Virus record (IMG/VR): IMGVR_UViG_3300019850_000208
Coordinates: 32,001-96,000 of that record
DNA: 64,000 nt
Source of the DNA: a virus
Direction: 5' to 3' (one strand)
Shown piece by piece: positions 1 to 10,500 of the stretch. The notes below the pieces were generated by a model. That model worked only from the letters and a program-made list of their open reading frames with translations. It did no database searches and was not told the origin of the DNA. The position numbers and the translations under genes are program-made. Each line of letters opens with the position of its first letter. Positions within the stretch are counted from its first letter, which is position 1.

Positions 1-275
1 TAGGATGAGTTAATTATATGTTTGCCGGCTATGTGATTAATTGTCCTTGCGGCAATTTGCAATGATTCCAGAATGAATTTTTTGTTATAAAAGTACCATC
101 TTTCTAGATATGTGCGAAAATCCTCATAAGAATCTTTTAATATATCATTAAAATTTTCCCTAGATTTATACATATGTAGGCGCAAGAACACTTTTTCCAC
201 CTGTTCATTAAAAGTAATGTAATCGCCTTTCTCATGGGCTTTAATCATCAATTTTACATGCTCATATTGAAGCAT
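1..275 (-). CDS. Hypothetical protein running to the left window edge (MLQYEHVKLMIKAHEKGDY...), not in ORF track
   Basis: Manual translation: ATG at 275, 91 open codons to position 3. Confidence 0.55.
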   Translation of the reverse strand, partial: MLQYEHVKLMIKAHEKGDYITFNEQVEKVFLRLHMYKSRENFNDILKDSYEDFRTYLERWYFYNKKFILESLQIAARTINHIAGKHIINSS

Positions 276-321
276 TATCGGTCACCAGTATATATATGCT
301 TTGTGAAATATATAATTTTGC

Positions 322-510
322 TTAATCAGCTCCATTAATCGGATTTTTAATTCTCATTCTTTTATACAACTCTGCTTTCTCAGCTAAATATCTGAAACAT
401 AACCTATCTATTTTTGAAATGTCACCATTTATCAATAAACCTCGTATATAATTCTCATCAAGATCATCGATAAGTTCTCTGAATTTATGGACAAAGTTTT
501 CTTCAGTCAT
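322..510 (-). CDS. Small hypothetical protein (62 aa)
   Basis: ORF with AAGGT RBS-like site, co-oriented with the operon. Confidence 0.55.
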   Translation of the reverse strand: MTEENFVHKFRELIDDLDENYIRGLLINGDISKIDRLCFRYLAEKAELYKRMRIKNPINGAD

Positions 511-571
511 TACAACTTACCTTTAAATCCAAAATTCTTAAATGACTTAGTTTATTGCTTTGTTATATTTA

Positions 572-784
572 TTAAGCCTCATACCAAATTGTTACCCAAC
601 CACGATTATAAGAAGTTGAATCCAAATTCGTTGTATCAAAAGTTCCTGAAGATCTACGTCTACAATAAATTTTTGTAGGCGTAATTATGTAGCTGAAATA
701 GCTCTGCCTATGGATATTTTCATGGTTTCGGCTCTGTAATCGTGTCATTGATTCATTATCAACGCGAAAGTTTTCACTACCCAT
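572..784 (-). pseudogene. Orphan tail-fibre C-terminal tip fragment
   Basis: Ends ...RRRSSGTFDTTNLDSTSYNRGWVTIWYEA, a typical fibre C-terminus; no RBS, upstream frames broken by stops. Confidence 0.45.
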
Positions 785-975
785 GCAAACCCACTTTCAG
801 GGACAATATATGCTGGTAAATCTGTGTATAATCTTTTAAATGTATAACAGGCGTTTTATATTGCATTGTTCAAAACCTCAATAACCCATAGTATACAAAT
901 ACGCAACATGGCCGCTTGCTAATAATCCTATTATAAAGTGCAAATAAATTATTATCATTTTATTCTTCTATATGA

Positions 976-2337
976 TTATGATGTAGCTACTGCTGTCACT
1001 ATAACAGCAAAATTGTGTGATGAAGTATGATCATTAAACACTTGTACTGTAACAGAATTAGTACCTAATGTTATACTGTTAATATGAGGTGTATCGGCGG
1101 AACTTCCACCTCCTCCACCTCCGCCAATGCTGCATTGGAAATACCCAAAACCTGCATCTGTACAACATGCATAAGCAACTAATACGCCCGTCGGGTTAAA
1201 TGAAAATCCTGACACAACAACATCATAATATGAATCAGCTGCGATTGAAGCTGTATTTTGTTTTGTTTCTACTTGCATGGCTATCACCTCATTTCCATTT
1301 TTATCTAAAATCTTATCATTGAAAGTTTTATCACCATAAACGGTCTGTGTTGTTTTGTTTAATTTAACATAGCTCGTACCATCAGGCAAATCATCTAAAG
1401 TTTTACCACTGAAATATTTATTAGTTGAGCCTTCAGACAAGTCATCAGTCGTTTTTCCATTGAAATATTTATTAGTTGAGCCTTCAGACAAGTCATCAGT
1501 TGTTTTTCCATTGAAATATTTATTAGTTGAACCTTCAGACAAGTCATCAGTTGTTTTCCCACTGAAATATTTATTAGTTGATCCTTCAGGTATATCATCC
1601 GAATCTACTCCAGATAATGATCCGCCAATGTCGACATTGCCTATAAAATCTACACTTTGATCAGAATGCAACTTCATCACTTCTAATTTTGTATTTCCAT
1701 CGTAATAATCAAAAATAAAATCTCTGTAGGATCCAGTCCCTCTTTTCTGCATCCGTATTCCATATTGAGATTCAGTCGGATACCCATTGTTGTATAGGTC
1801 TATAAATTCTTGATTTGGCTCATTGCCTCTCACTAGTGATAATGTCGCTTCATAGGGATTGAACCAGGTTTCACTTGGAGCCCATATTTGCAATATGGTA
1901 TAATCGGCCGCATATCGTCTCATTATAAAGAATCCAGTTCCACCTTTATATAATGCTAGCTCTGAATCTCCGGAAATTGAATCATCAAACTGTATGCCGC
2001 CGGTTACTCTTATATCCGAATCCACCGCAAGCTTAAAATTGGTAACCCACTGATCATTAGTCTCATCCCACTTCAAAAAAGCATCGGTTGAGGATCCTCT
2101 TTCGGCGGTAATAAAAGCATCTGATGCCGGTGCACCTGTAGTGCTGCTGTTAAAAATAATTTGATTGCCATCTACCTCCAGTGTCGGCACTGTTAATGTA
2201 CCGCTCATTATATCACCGGTTTTTTGAACAAGATCATCCGATGAGGTGCCTGTGGTTACAGCGGTTTCAACTTTGGTCTCAAAAGAAACTGTATTTATCT
2301 GTTCTGCATTAAGTAATGTTCTTGCCATTTTACACAT
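976..2337 (-). CDS. Tail fibre protein with 17-aa tandem repeats (probable start MARTLLNAEQI at 2328)
   Basis: VQKTGDIMSGTL fibre motif; ERG..WDE module; TTDDLSEGSTNKYF repeats; N-terminal SFETKVETAVT shared with 16716 and 20548 genes; GGAG RBS. Confidence 0.8.
   Translation of the reverse strand: MCKMARTLLNAEQINTVSFETKVETAVTTGTSSDDLVQKTGDIMSGTLTVPTLEVDGNQIIFNSSTTGAPASDAFITAERGSSTDAFLKWDETNDQWVTNFKLAVDSDIRVTGGIQFDDSISGDSELALYKGGTGFFIMRRYAADYTILQIWAPSETWFNPYEATLSLVRGNEPNQEFIDLYNNGYPTESQYGIRMQKRGTGSYRDFIFDYYDGNTKLEVMKLHSDQSVDFIGNVDIGGSLSGVDSDDIPEGSTNKYFSGKTTDDLSEGSTNKYFNGKTTDDLSEGSTNKYFNGKTTDDLSEGSTNKYFSGKTLDDLPDGTSYVKLNKTTQTVYGDKTFNDKILDKNGNEVIAMQVETKQNTASIAADSYYDVVVSGFSFNPTGVLVAYACCTDAGFGYFQCSIGGGGGGGSSADTPHINSITLGTNSVTVQVFNDHTSSHNFAVIVTAVATS
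1406..1600. repeat. 51-bp in-frame tandem repeat, about 4 copies
   Basis: tgaaatatttattagttga at 1410, 1461, 1512 and 1563. Confidence 0.95.
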
Positions 2338-2363
2338 CTCCTGAATAGTTTCATTAAATTCTT

Positions 2364-2406
2364 AGCAAGGAAGCACACAGGTTTTTAGCTTGTGAAAAGA
2401 ATTGCT
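2364..2406 (+). mobile_element. Degenerate IS200/IS605-type end hairpin (remnant, no transposase)
   Basis: AGCAAggaagCACAcaggtttttagctTGTGaaaagaaTTGCT resembles AAGCCCACGACTTTAGTCGTGGG-type ends. Confidence 0.35.
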
Positions 2407-2491
2407 ATATTTCCATGAGCAATCACAAAAGCGTAATTTTTATAATTTCTGTATTTAGCTGCCTGGCTTATATATTATCTTTCAAGAAAAG

Positions 2492-2513
2492 AGATATAAA
2501 ACATATATAGAAG
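2492..2513 (+). promoter_or_regulatory. Candidate phage promoter AGATA-N7-TATATAGAAG
   Basis: Same motif and spacing at 27935-27956, upstream of the only other credible plus-strand gene. Confidence 0.5.
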
Positions 2514-2514
2514 T

Positions 2515-4527
2515 ATGGTAAATTTAATTTTTGTAATAATTAAAAATGAAAATATAAAGGTGTCTTCCGCGGAAGAGATATGCTATTCTCGTAATAAAAA
2601 GGAATACAAGACTTTGCTAATAAACGACAACTATAAATTGACCTCTCGCGACAAAGTGGTATATATTTGTAATAAATGCAATAAAGAAACCACTGAAAAA
2701 TTTAGCAAAAAACATCTTGAAAAGAATTTAATTTGTGCTTCGTGTGCCAGACAAGCAACTAATTTGAATAAGTATGGCGGCAAGTATCCTATTGCCACTA
2801 AAGCAATCAGATACAAAATCGCAAAAACCAATCTGAAAAAGTACGGCGTTGAAAATCCATTTCAAGCAAAAGAAGTTAAAGACAAAATCAAAAAAACTAA
2901 TTTGAAAAAGTATGGAGTTCCATACTCCACTCAGAATCCAGAAGTGCAGCGCAAATCAACGCAAACTAATCTTAAGAAGTATGGAACAAAATACAGCTGT
3001 CAAGCTGAAAAGATCAAAAGAAAAATTAGAGCAACCAATTTAAAAAAATACGGCGCAGAATCTGTTTTATCTGTTGCCAAAATTAGACATAAAATAGAAG
3101 CCACCAATCTGAAAAAATACGGTGCGAAATACGCTCTTCAAGCCGAGAAAGTAAAACAAAAAGCAAAAGAAACTATTAAACAAAAATATGGCGTTGAATA
3201 TATATCTCAGGCCCCTGCAATTCAAGAAAAAATTAAACAAACTAACTTAAAGAAATACGGTGTAGAAAATCCGGCTGCTTCTCAGAAAATTCAAGAGAAA
3301 ATTAAACAAACTAACTTAAAGAAATATGGTGTAGATAATCCTTCAAAATCAGAAGCAGTAAAAGCAAAAAGATCGCTCACAATGCTACGTCGTTTTGGTA
3401 ATACCAATCCGTTCAAGGTCCAAAGTATTATAGACAAAATAACAACTACCAAAAAAAACAAATTTTTGGATGAAATATTCAGTGGTAACAGAGTTGTAGA
3501 AGCGACGCCTTTATTTACGCCCAAGGAATATACAGGCGTAACAACAATGCTTTCTTGGCGTTGTGATAAATGCAACACAGTTTTCAACGACAATTTGGAT
3601 TATGGAAGTGCTCCAAGATGCCCCGTTTGTTACCCTATTTTAAGTAACACCTCTTCCATTGAAAAAGAAGTTAGAGATTACCTTTCATCACTGAATATCA
3701 TTCATATTACGAACGATAGAAATTTAATTCACCCAAAAGAATTAGATATTTTCGTTCCTCAATATAGAATTGCTATTGAGATAGACGGCCTATATTGGCA
3801 TTCCGATCAATTTAAGCCCAAAAATTATCACTTGCAGAAAACACAATTGTGTGAAGCAAAAGGCATTCAGCTTATTCATATATTTGAAGATGAATGGATT
3901 TATAAGCAAAGTATTGTTAAATCGCGTCTCAAATATTTGTTTGGATTGTGTGATCAAACAATTGGCGCCAGATTGACTAATATCCAAAGTATAGAAACTG
4001 CTACCAAAAACATATTTTTAGATACTTATCATATGCAAGGAGCTGATAGATCCAGTATTAAAATAGGCGCTTTTTATAAAGACCGTTTAATGGGGATTAT
4101 GACATTTGTTAAGCCGCGACTATCATTGGGCCAGAAAAAAAGTTTTGCCAATAGGTATGAGCTTTCCAGATATGCTAGTATTGCCAATATATCGCTGCCC
4201 GGTCTGGCATCTAAAATGCTTAAATATTTCATAGTTAACTATAAGCCTCTTGAAATATACACTTATGCCGATCGGCGATGGAGTCAGGGAAAAATATACA
4301 AGCAATTGGGGTTCCAGTTTGTGGGTTTCACGCAGCCTAATTATTGGTACAGTCTTGGTCAAGAAAGAAAACACAGATTTAAGTATAGAAAAAGCGCGTT
4401 GAAAAATTTCAAGAATTATCACCCAAGCAAGACCGAATTTCAAATTATGGATGAGGCCGGCTATTATAGAATATATGATTGTGGCAACTCAAAGTTTGAT
4501 ATGCAATTAAAAAAGCCTCGAGTTTGA
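2515..4527 (+). CDS. Hef-like homing endonuclease: Zn ribbons, ten 23-aa TNLKKYG repeats, PD-(D/E)XK nuclease (Vsr/DUF559-like), C-terminal GNAT/Mom-like domain
   Basis: CxxC pairs; ELDIFVP...IAIEIDGLYWHS...LIHIFEDEW; YELSRY...ASKML...TYADRRWSQGKIYKQLGF...RIYDCG; antisense to the structural operon. Confidence 0.8.
   Translation: MVNLIFVIIKNENIKVSSAEEICYSRNKKEYKTLLINDNYKLTSRDKVVYICNKCNKETTEKFSKKHLEKNLICASCARQATNLNKYGGKYPIATKAIRYKIAKTNLKKYGVENPFQAKEVKDKIKKTNLKKYGVPYSTQNPEVQRKSTQTNLKKYGTKYSCQAEKIKRKIRATNLKKYGAESVLSVAKIRHKIEATNLKKYGAKYALQAEKVKQKAKETIKQKYGVEYISQAPAIQEKIKQTNLKKYGVENPAASQKIQEKIKQTNLKKYGVDNPSKSEAVKAKRSLTMLRRFGNTNPFKVQSIIDKITTTKKNKFLDEIFSGNRVVEATPLFTPKEYTGVTTMLSWRCDKCNTVFNDNLDYGSAPRCPVCYPILSNTSSIEKEVRDYLSSLNIIHITNDRNLIHPKELDIFVPQYRIAIEIDGLYWHSDQFKPKNYHLQKTQLCEAKGIQLIHIFEDEWIYKQSIVKSRLKYLFGLCDQTIGARLTNIQSIETATKNIFLDTYHMQGADRSSIKIGAFYKDRLMGIMTFVKPRLSLGQKKSFANRYELSRYASIANISLPGLASKMLKYFIVNYKPLEIYTYADRRWSQGKIYKQLGFQFVGFTQPNYWYSLGQERKHRFKYRKSALKNFKNYHPSKTEFQIMDEAGYYRIYDCGNSKFDMQLKKPRV
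2758..3447 (+). repeat. Ten 69-bp (23-aa) repeats inside the endonuclease
   Basis: TNLxKYG-like motif with an exact 69-bp period from 2758 to 3379. Confidence 0.9.
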
Positions 4528-4541
4528 CCCCGAGGCTTTTT
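4510..4541. terminator. Bidirectional rho-independent terminator
   Basis: AAAAAGCCTCG-10 nt loop-CGAGGCTTTTT between convergent genes. Confidence 0.85.
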
Positions 4542-4545
4542 ATTA

Positions 4546-7500
4546 TTATGCAGAAGTTTTAACAAGTTCTACAATGACATCATCAGATGTGTCCAAATCT
4601 ACGGCAGAACTTCCTGTTCCATCAAACTCAATCCTTTTTTCAGTAGATACATAACCATAACTCCACTCAGTATCAAGTAATCTTAGGCCATTGAGATATA
4701 CGGCAACATATAGTTCAGATGTTCTAAGCTCAGTTGCTGTTTTGGAACTAGTTGGAAGCTGATTTGTTAATGAAGCATCCGTTAATGTAATATAATCACC
4801 CGAGGCTTCTGAAGCATCAGGAGTTTGTTCTTCGTATCCTATTTCAACCGCTGTCTGAAATGCTTCATTAATCGCGCCTATTATAGAAGTAGCTGTAAAT
4901 CCTGCAGTAAGTCCAGTTGTACCAGATTCAGAAATTGGAATTGCTGAGCTTAAGTATTGATCATCAAAAGTTATATCTCCACTTGAAGTGGTAAATGCAA
5001 TATCTCCTGCCGCATCTACATCAATACCACCTGAGGAGTTAATATCAATTGCATCAATACTAGATTGGCCACTTGCAAGTGTAAGTTTTCCTGCTGTGCC
5101 ACCTGCAGTTTGAATAGTTAAGTTACTATCACTTGTTTGCCATGTAGCGTCGCCGCCTATTGAATTAATGTTAACAGCGCCGTAGGGTGCCATATGGATA
5201 TAAGCTCCGCTATCTTCATCTATAGTTAAACCATTTGTAACATTCATGTCTATTGCATTACCGGAGCCGGAGACTTCAACCGATAGAATATCATTTCCAG
5301 CGGCATCTGCAAATGCATGTTGATAACCGGAAGTAATCTGCCACTCAACGGAGCCATTGTCCATTGTAACAATTCTATTGCCTGTTTCAGCATCATATAT
5401 TTCATCTAATGTTTCGGTGACGGCAGCCTGCCCATAAGCTTGATTTATAGCTCCTATAACTGATGTAGAAATTCCATCATCGAAGCTTGAATTTGACACG
5501 TCGCTAAACGCGATAGCAGATGTTCTACTATCATCAAATTTAAGTTCGCCCGAACCAGCTATTGTATCAGATTCTATGGTTTTTGTATTTGAATTTAAAT
5601 TATTAGCTTTATCGAATGAGCACTCTATTAAAGTTGTTGAGCCGCCATTAGAATTATCTAATGCGTAACTGCCGCTTGTGCTTAGTGATCTAAAACCTAT
5701 CAATGTGGTATTATCAGCGCCCGTGTCAATTTGCACGGCATTATCAGCCGAAGCGGTCGCATAACAACCATTAAGTGTTACTTGAGTTCCTGTAATTTTA
5801 TATGCATAGCCAGGATAGCTACCGCTTCTATTAACTGTACTCTCAGAACCACATCCATCAAGTGTTATGTTATTTGAGGTAACTATGTCATAGGAAATAC
5901 CACAAGCCTCAGATGCGCATCCGGATAAAGATGAATAAGTCATATTGGTTAGCGCAAAACCTGCTTGAGTGTTGGTGATACCATAACAATCTCTAAAGTT
6001 ACAAGAGGTGCCGCCCCAAACATTAAAACCATGACCTGCGCATTTCAAAGTTTTTACATTTATAAACGTGGATAAAATTGGTGTATTAATTGAAATACCG
6101 TCGCCAGCACACTCTTCAAGTAATATATTTTCCATATATATATGAGGAATGTTTGTGTTGCCAGCTCGTGTGAGGAAAATACCACCGCCACCCACCTGAC
6201 CTTGACCCGGACCTATAATTCTCAAATCAATGAACTTTATATTGCCTAGGTCTGTACCTTCAAAATGTCTATAAGTGGTGTTATCGCTTTTTATTCTGGT
6301 TGCTCTACCCTTAAATCCCTGAATTGTAATATTGCTGTAAAGTATAACAGCTGAACCGGCAGATGCTATTTCGGGTGTAAGATCAAAATTATCAACATCT
6401 ACATATAAAGTTCCACCACTATAATTACTATTTAGATAATCTAGTGCGCTCTGAAAAGTTGTAAATTGCGATAGAAAAGCCGTACCACTCATGTCCTTGA
6501 AAGCGGCTTCGCCTGTAACTGTAAGATTGCCTGTTACATCTACAGTATCGCCGGCACCGAGAGCTTTTATGCTTAGAATGTCTGAACCAAGAGAATCTGC
6601 AACATTGAATTCATAATTATCAGTCATCTGCCATTCAACGGAGCCATTGTCCATTGTAACAATTCTGTTGCCTGTTTCGGAATCATAGGCTTCATCTAAA
6701 GTGCTGGAAGCGGCGAGCACATCACTTTTAACTTCATTAAGCGCGGCTACAACAGAAGTGGCGGTAAATCCTGCAGTAAGTCCGGTTGTACCAGATTCAG
6801 AAATTGGAATTGCTGAACTTAGATATTGATCATCAAAGGTTACATCACCATTAGCGCTTGTTAAAGCAATATTATTATCTGCATCTATATCAACACCACC
6901 TGCGGCCGCGTTAATATCAACTGCATTGAGATTTGTGGCACCACCACTGATAGTAAGAATGCCAGGAGTACCACCACTTGTCTGAAATGTTGCTGGTTGA
7001 TCATCAGAGTTGATTTCAATAGCACCGCCGCTTGCTATATGAACATAGGCACCACTATCATCATCTAATGTGATACCATTACCAGCATCAATATCGATGC
7101 CACCACTGGTGGTTTCAATTCTAACAGCAGCCGCATTGGTTGAGTTACCGGCGACAAGTCTAACTGCGTTAGCTGTGTCGCCACCAATGTTACCAGACAT
7201 GTCGGCATAATCGCCTTGCATGCTCAATGAGGCTGAGCTAGCATTAATTGTCATAGATTGGCCAGAAGCTGAATAGAACTGGACAAGACCACTAGATTGA
7301 ATCCTTAGAAATGCTCCAGAATCATCATCTACCGTAAATCCATTTGTTGTATCAATATCGACAGATGCTGAATTTATGTCGAATAGATCGCCATTTGCCA
7401 CTATTTGATCACCTGCAACCAATGGTCTGATGCTGAATAAATCATTGCCGAGGGAATCTGCGAAATTGTGTTCATAGTTGTCTGTTATCTGCCATTCAAC

Positions 7501-10500
7501 GGAGCCTGTATCCATTGTAACAATTCTGTTGCCTGTTTCGGAATCATACGCACTATCTAAAGTTGTCGATGCTTCACTGGCTTTAAGTATGTCATATGTG
7601 CCTGTGAGATCCTGGAATCTCCACCGATCAGCGGACTCATCCCAGAATAGGGATACATTAGATTGAGAACCACGCTCAATTTCAATGCCTGAGTCTTCAG
7701 TAGGGGAACCACCTGTGTAATTGCTATTTAATACTATTAAGTTATCGGCGAGTTCTATAGTTTCTGTATTTACTATTGTTTGAGTTCCAGTAACTGTGAG
7801 GTCACCATCTATTAGGACTTGACCGGTTCCACTTGTATCTAATGTAATGTCATTATCTGATGCAGCTGTTAATGTTATACCGCCAGAACTAGATTGAACA
7901 ACAACTTCTTTGGCGACATCAATAGTTGCGCCACCTTGTTGAGCTCTGACCCAAATAGCATCATTGTTTGTGTTAGTTGTGTTATTTAGATATATTTGAC
8001 CCGATGTTGCAGAAATGGTTGCGGTACCAGAACCAGATGTTCCAAGAGTTAAAGCACTATTAGAAGCTGTGGTAAGACTTACTGCCCCAGTATTAGTTAT
8101 GGTGAAATTAGCACCGCTATTTTCATCAATTGTGATACCATTATTAGCATTGATATCTACTCGATCTGCATCTACTGTAAATATGCCGTATGTCGCCGCG
8201 GTCGCAAGTACTCTAACTCCACCAGAGGCAGATTGCAGCACTACAGAGTCAATTTGAGTGGCATTCGTGCTTTGTAGCCAAACTTTTTTAGTATCAGCTG
8301 TACTGGATAACTTGACACTGCCGCTAAAGCCCGTTATATCTATATTTTGGCCAATTCCACTTGTCATAGTAATATAGCCACTAGCATCAAAAAGCAACTT
8401 AGAACCACTATCATCATTAAATGTTATACCATCCGCGCTGTCTATATCGATACCACCAGTACTTGCTTCGATCTTGACCGCATCCGCAGCTGCCGATGTG
8501 GTATTTTTAATATAAGATCTGCCATTTACCGAAGAGATGGTTGCATCACCAGTGCCTTGAGTGGTCAACGTTACATTTTGATCTGTAGCACCCTGCAAAT
8601 CAATTTGGCCCGCTGCATTCATTGCCATAGATGCACCTGAATTCTCGGCAATATTAATACCAGAATCTACATCTATATCAATACCACCAGCCGTATCAAG
8701 TTTCCAGGAGTCGGTAGCTGTATTGCCAGTAAGTACGATGTCAACAGCATACGCATCCATATGGATTTCATCGCCAGTTACGAGAGCTTTAACCGAAAAG
8801 ACATCTGCTCCAAGTGAATCGGCTACATTAAATTCATAGTTATCAGTTAGTTGCCATTCGACTGAGCCACTGTCTACAGTGATTATTTTATTGCCTGTTT
8901 CACCATCATATGCTTCATCTAATGTTGAAGCAGCGCCGGCTGTCTTGAGCTCATTAATAGCACCAACAATAGAAGTAGAGGTAAAACCTAGAGCTAATCC
9001 AGTTGTACCAGATTCAGAAATTGGAATTGCTGAGCTCAAATATTGATCATCGAAAGTTATATCACCGTTAGCTGAAGTAATAGAAGTATCTGTATCAGAA
9101 TCTATATCAATACCACCACCTGTATTCGTGGCAGCTATAACAATAGCTGTTGCTGAGGTATTATTTGTGCTTAATTCGACTTTACCACCAGATACACTAA
9201 ATATTTTGGCGGTTCCAGTTGTGGTTTCAAGATTAACATTACCAGCGCCAGGAACCTGAACTTGAAAGTCTTGGCCAGAAGCAGGTTCAAAGAAGATTTT
9301 GCCAGATGTCTGTAGTTGAAAATTACCGCCGCTATTATCGTTTAATGTAAATCCAGCATCAACATCTAAGTCTATACCACCAAGAGTGTCTATTTTTACT
9401 GAGCTTGCGCTTAGATCATCAGTATAAAGATCGAAGATACCGACATCAATATCCATTGTATCATCAGCATTAACATCTATACCACCATTGACGGCATCTA
9501 ATAGTATAGCATCTGCATCAGGGCTTCTAGAATCAATATCAATATTGCCGCCAGCTGCAGTAGATAATCGCTGAATATCAACATTTAGCTGAGATTGCAG
9601 TAGTACATTAGAAGGTGAAACTGCATTGATGTTGCCACCAGAATGCATTTGGAAATATGAGCCGCTATCATCATCAATTCTGAAACCTGCGGTGGTGTTT
9701 ATATCAACTTCATTGTTAGAAACGTTGATATTAAGAACATCGACATTCATTTGGATTTCATCGCCGGAGGCCAGGGCCTTGACGCTTAATATATCATTGC
9801 CGAGGGAATCTGCAAAATTGTGTTCATAATTATCAGTCATCTGCCATTCAACGGAGCCATTGTCCATTGTGATTATCCTATTGCCTGTTTCGGAATCATA
9901 GGCTTCATCTAAAGTGCTGGAAGCGGCGAGTACATCGCTTTTAACTTCATTAAGCGCGGCTACAACAGAAGTGGCGGTAAATCCTAGAGCTAATCCAGTT
10001 GTACCAGATTCAGAAATTGGAATTGCTGAACTTAAATATTGATCATCAAAAGTGATATCTCCACCTGAAGTGGTGAATGCTATATTATTGGCCGCATCTA
10101 CATCAATTCCACCTGAGGAATTTATATCCATAGCATAATTGTCTGACGCAGCGGTTGCTCTTAATATTAGGTGACCTGGAGTTGTACCAGCTGTCTGAAT
10201 AGTTAGAGTGTTATTAGTAGAGCTTAAATCTATAGCACCTGTATTGCCTATATGTAGATAAGAACCACCATTTTCATCGAGTGTAATTCCTTGGCTAGCA
10301 TCAATATCGATACCACCAGTCGATGCATTTATTTTAATAGCATCCGTTGCAGTCGAATTATTGTTAATAATCCATACCCCACCATTGATAGCTTTAAGTT
10401 GAATTGTTCCGGAACCTGTTGATTCCAATGTGACTGTGTGGTCGTTTCCTCCAATTACCGCGACAGCGCCAGTGTTAGCGATAGCTATTTGTGCCCCACT

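Noticed and set aside
1406-3447. CRISPR array (51-bp and 69-bp periodic repeats)
   Set aside because: Units are in-frame protein repeats without unique spacers; no cas genes.
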